46,054 nt of DNA from Dehalococcoidia bacterium (GTDB lineage: Bacteria; Chloroflexota; Dehalococcoidia; GIF9; AB-539-J10): contig JBLRXG010000001.1 in NCBI GenBank assembly GCA_047920855.1, forward strand, positions 1 through 46,054, written 5' to 3'. Shown one piece after another: positions 45,162 to 46,054 of the stretch; the stretch's first letter is position 1, and the number at the start of each line of letters is the position of its first letter. The position numbers and the translations under genes are program-made. The notes under the pieces are model-generated. The model did no database searches and was not told where the DNA came from. It saw nothing but the letters and a program-made list of their open reading frames with translations.

Positions 45162-45806
45162 ATGGATGCTCTTCAGAGAGAGATAGAGCACGGGGTTGAA
45201 GTCCTCAGGAATGGCGGAGTGATCGCCTACCCCACCGATACAGTCTACGGCCTGGGAGCCGACGCCTTCAACACAGCGGCCGTGGACAGGATCTACGAGA
45301 TAAAAGGGCGCCCCAGGGAGCGGCAGCTTCCCCTGCTGATAGCCGATGAGGAGTACCTGCCGCTGCTTGTCGAACCGGTGCCGGATATGGCACGGTTCCT
45401 GGCGGGGCGTTTCTGGCCCGGCGCTCTGACGATGGTCTTTCCCGCCGCGCCCTCACTGCCCGCCCATCTTGCCACGGGACCGGGCATAGCAGTACGCCTT
45501 CCCGACCATGCCGCCTGCCTGGCTCTCATCCGCGGCCTGGGCAACCCTGTGATCGGCACCAGCGCCAACCTCAGCGGCCGCGGGCCGGCCCTGACCGCTG
45601 CCGAAGTGCGTCAGCAACTGGGCAGCAGAATCGACCTCGTGATCGACGGGGGTGGATGCCGCGGCGGCAGGGAGTCCACCGTGATCGACGTCACCGGGCG
45701 GGCGCCCCTGGTCCTTCGTGAAGGCATCATAACCGCGCACGAAATCGAGAGAGCTTATGAAGAATACCTGGAGGTGAGCAATGAAGCGCATTACCATCGG
45801 CGCTGA
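45162..45806 (+). CDS. tsaC: L-threonylcarbamoyladenylate synthase (Sua5/YwlC/YrdC family)
   Basis: GGVIAYPTDTVYGLGADA .. IYEIKGRP..R.LPLLI .. GPGIAVRLPDH .. GTSANLSG. An extended -10 (TGcTATACT, 45142-50) lies 11 nt upstream of the ATG at 45162. Confidence 0.85.
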   Translation: MDALQREIEHGVEVLRNGGVIAYPTDTVYGLGADAFNTAAVDRIYEIKGRPRERQLPLLIADEEYLPLLVEPVPDMARFLAGRFWPGALTMVFPAAPSLPAHLATGPGIAVRLPDHAACLALIRGLGNPVIGTSANLSGRGPALTAAEVRQQLGSRIDLVIDGGGCRGGRESTVIDVTGRAPLVLREGIITAHEIERAYEEYLEVSNEAHYHRR

Positions 45807-46054
45807 TCACAGGGGCTTTGCCCTGAAGGAACTGATCATGCCCTTTCTGGAGGAGATGGGACATAGCTATCACGACTACGGCTGCTACGACACGACCTCC
45901 GTGGACTATCCCGATATCGCGCGGAAAGTGGGAGAGGCTGTGGCCGGCGGCGAGTTCGACTCCGGCATACTGATATGCAGCACCGGCATAGGCATCTGCA
46001 TAGCCGCCAACAAGGTAAGGGGCATAAGAGCGGCCCTCTGTCACAGTCCCTTCG
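45781..46054 (+). CDS. rpiB: ribose-5-phosphate isomerase B (3' end outside window)
   Basis: MKRITIGADHRGFALKE..DYG..SVDYPD..GILICSTGIGICIAANKVRGIRAA. GGAGGTG lies upstream. Overlaps the tsaC end by 26 nt. Absent from the ORF track because there is no stop in the window. Confidence 0.85.
   Translation, partial: MKRITIGADHRGFALKELIMPFLEEMGHSYHDYGCYDTTSVDYPDIARKVGEAVAGGEFDSGILICSTGIGICIAANKVRGIRAALCHSPF

Noticed and set aside
43858-45186. 442-aa plus-strand ORF
   Set aside because: It is antisense to guaA (SGGVDS, GATase triad on the minus strand). Shadow ORF.
1-46054. CRISPR arrays, transposases, integrases, prophage genes, rRNA
   Set aside because: - No regularly spaced direct repeats were seen.
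- No IS, integrase or phage-like ORFs were seen.
- The only tandem repeat found is the 13-bp duplication at 565-590.

Overview
This is a densely coding, GC-rich (roughly 58-60% by eye) chromosomal segment with about 50 protein genes on both strands and one tRNA. No CRISPR array, transposase, integrase or rRNA was seen. The gene content is InlB-B-repeat lipoprotein, indolepyruvate:ferredoxin oxidoreductase, desulforedoxin, an AbfD-type Fe-S dehydratase, many MarR regulators, and a selenoprotein. From this I infer an anaerobic Chloroflexota/Dehalococcoidia-like bacterium; this is not demonstrated.

Layout:
- 1-8.4 kb: PLP enzyme (truncated), MFS transporter, MarR-MATE operon, DNA-glycosylase-like protein, an ArsC/Spx-family gene interrupted by an in-frame TGA, carboxyltransferase, degraded GNAT remnant, cupin, lipoprotein.
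- 8.5-13 kb: candidate small RNA, HAD hydrolase, MarR plus ABC-2 exporter operon, secreted hypothetical, Fpg/Nei glycosylase.
- 13-22 kb: unusual fusion protein, iorAB, orphan SagB-type dehydrogenase, MATE, epimerase, DUF5679, DUF998.
- 22-27 kb: multi-PAS HisKA_3 histidine kinase split by a frameshift, plus a stand-alone receiver and a NarL-type regulator.
- 27-31 kb: redox/stress cluster (MarR, YkgJ, desulforedoxin, tRNA-Gly, ABM, Usp) and an IPMS/homocitrate-synthase-like enzyme.
- 31-36 kb: mtnA and a heterodimeric ABC exporter pair.
- 35.8-36.1 kb: an orphan promoter, structured RNA and terminator unit.
- 36-46 kb: purD-purE-purB-(abfD-like)-purC-(hypothetical), HicAB, an EncFtn-like mini-ferritin, guaA, tsaC, rpiB (truncated).

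Most noteworthy:
- A UxxC selenocysteine-type recoding candidate with a SECIS-like hairpin.
- Two orphan structured-RNA loci that I could not assign to any RNA family.
- An AbfD-type Fe-S enzyme plus an unknown membrane protein embedded in the purine operon.

All calls rest on reading the sequence and recalled family motifs. No database search was run.
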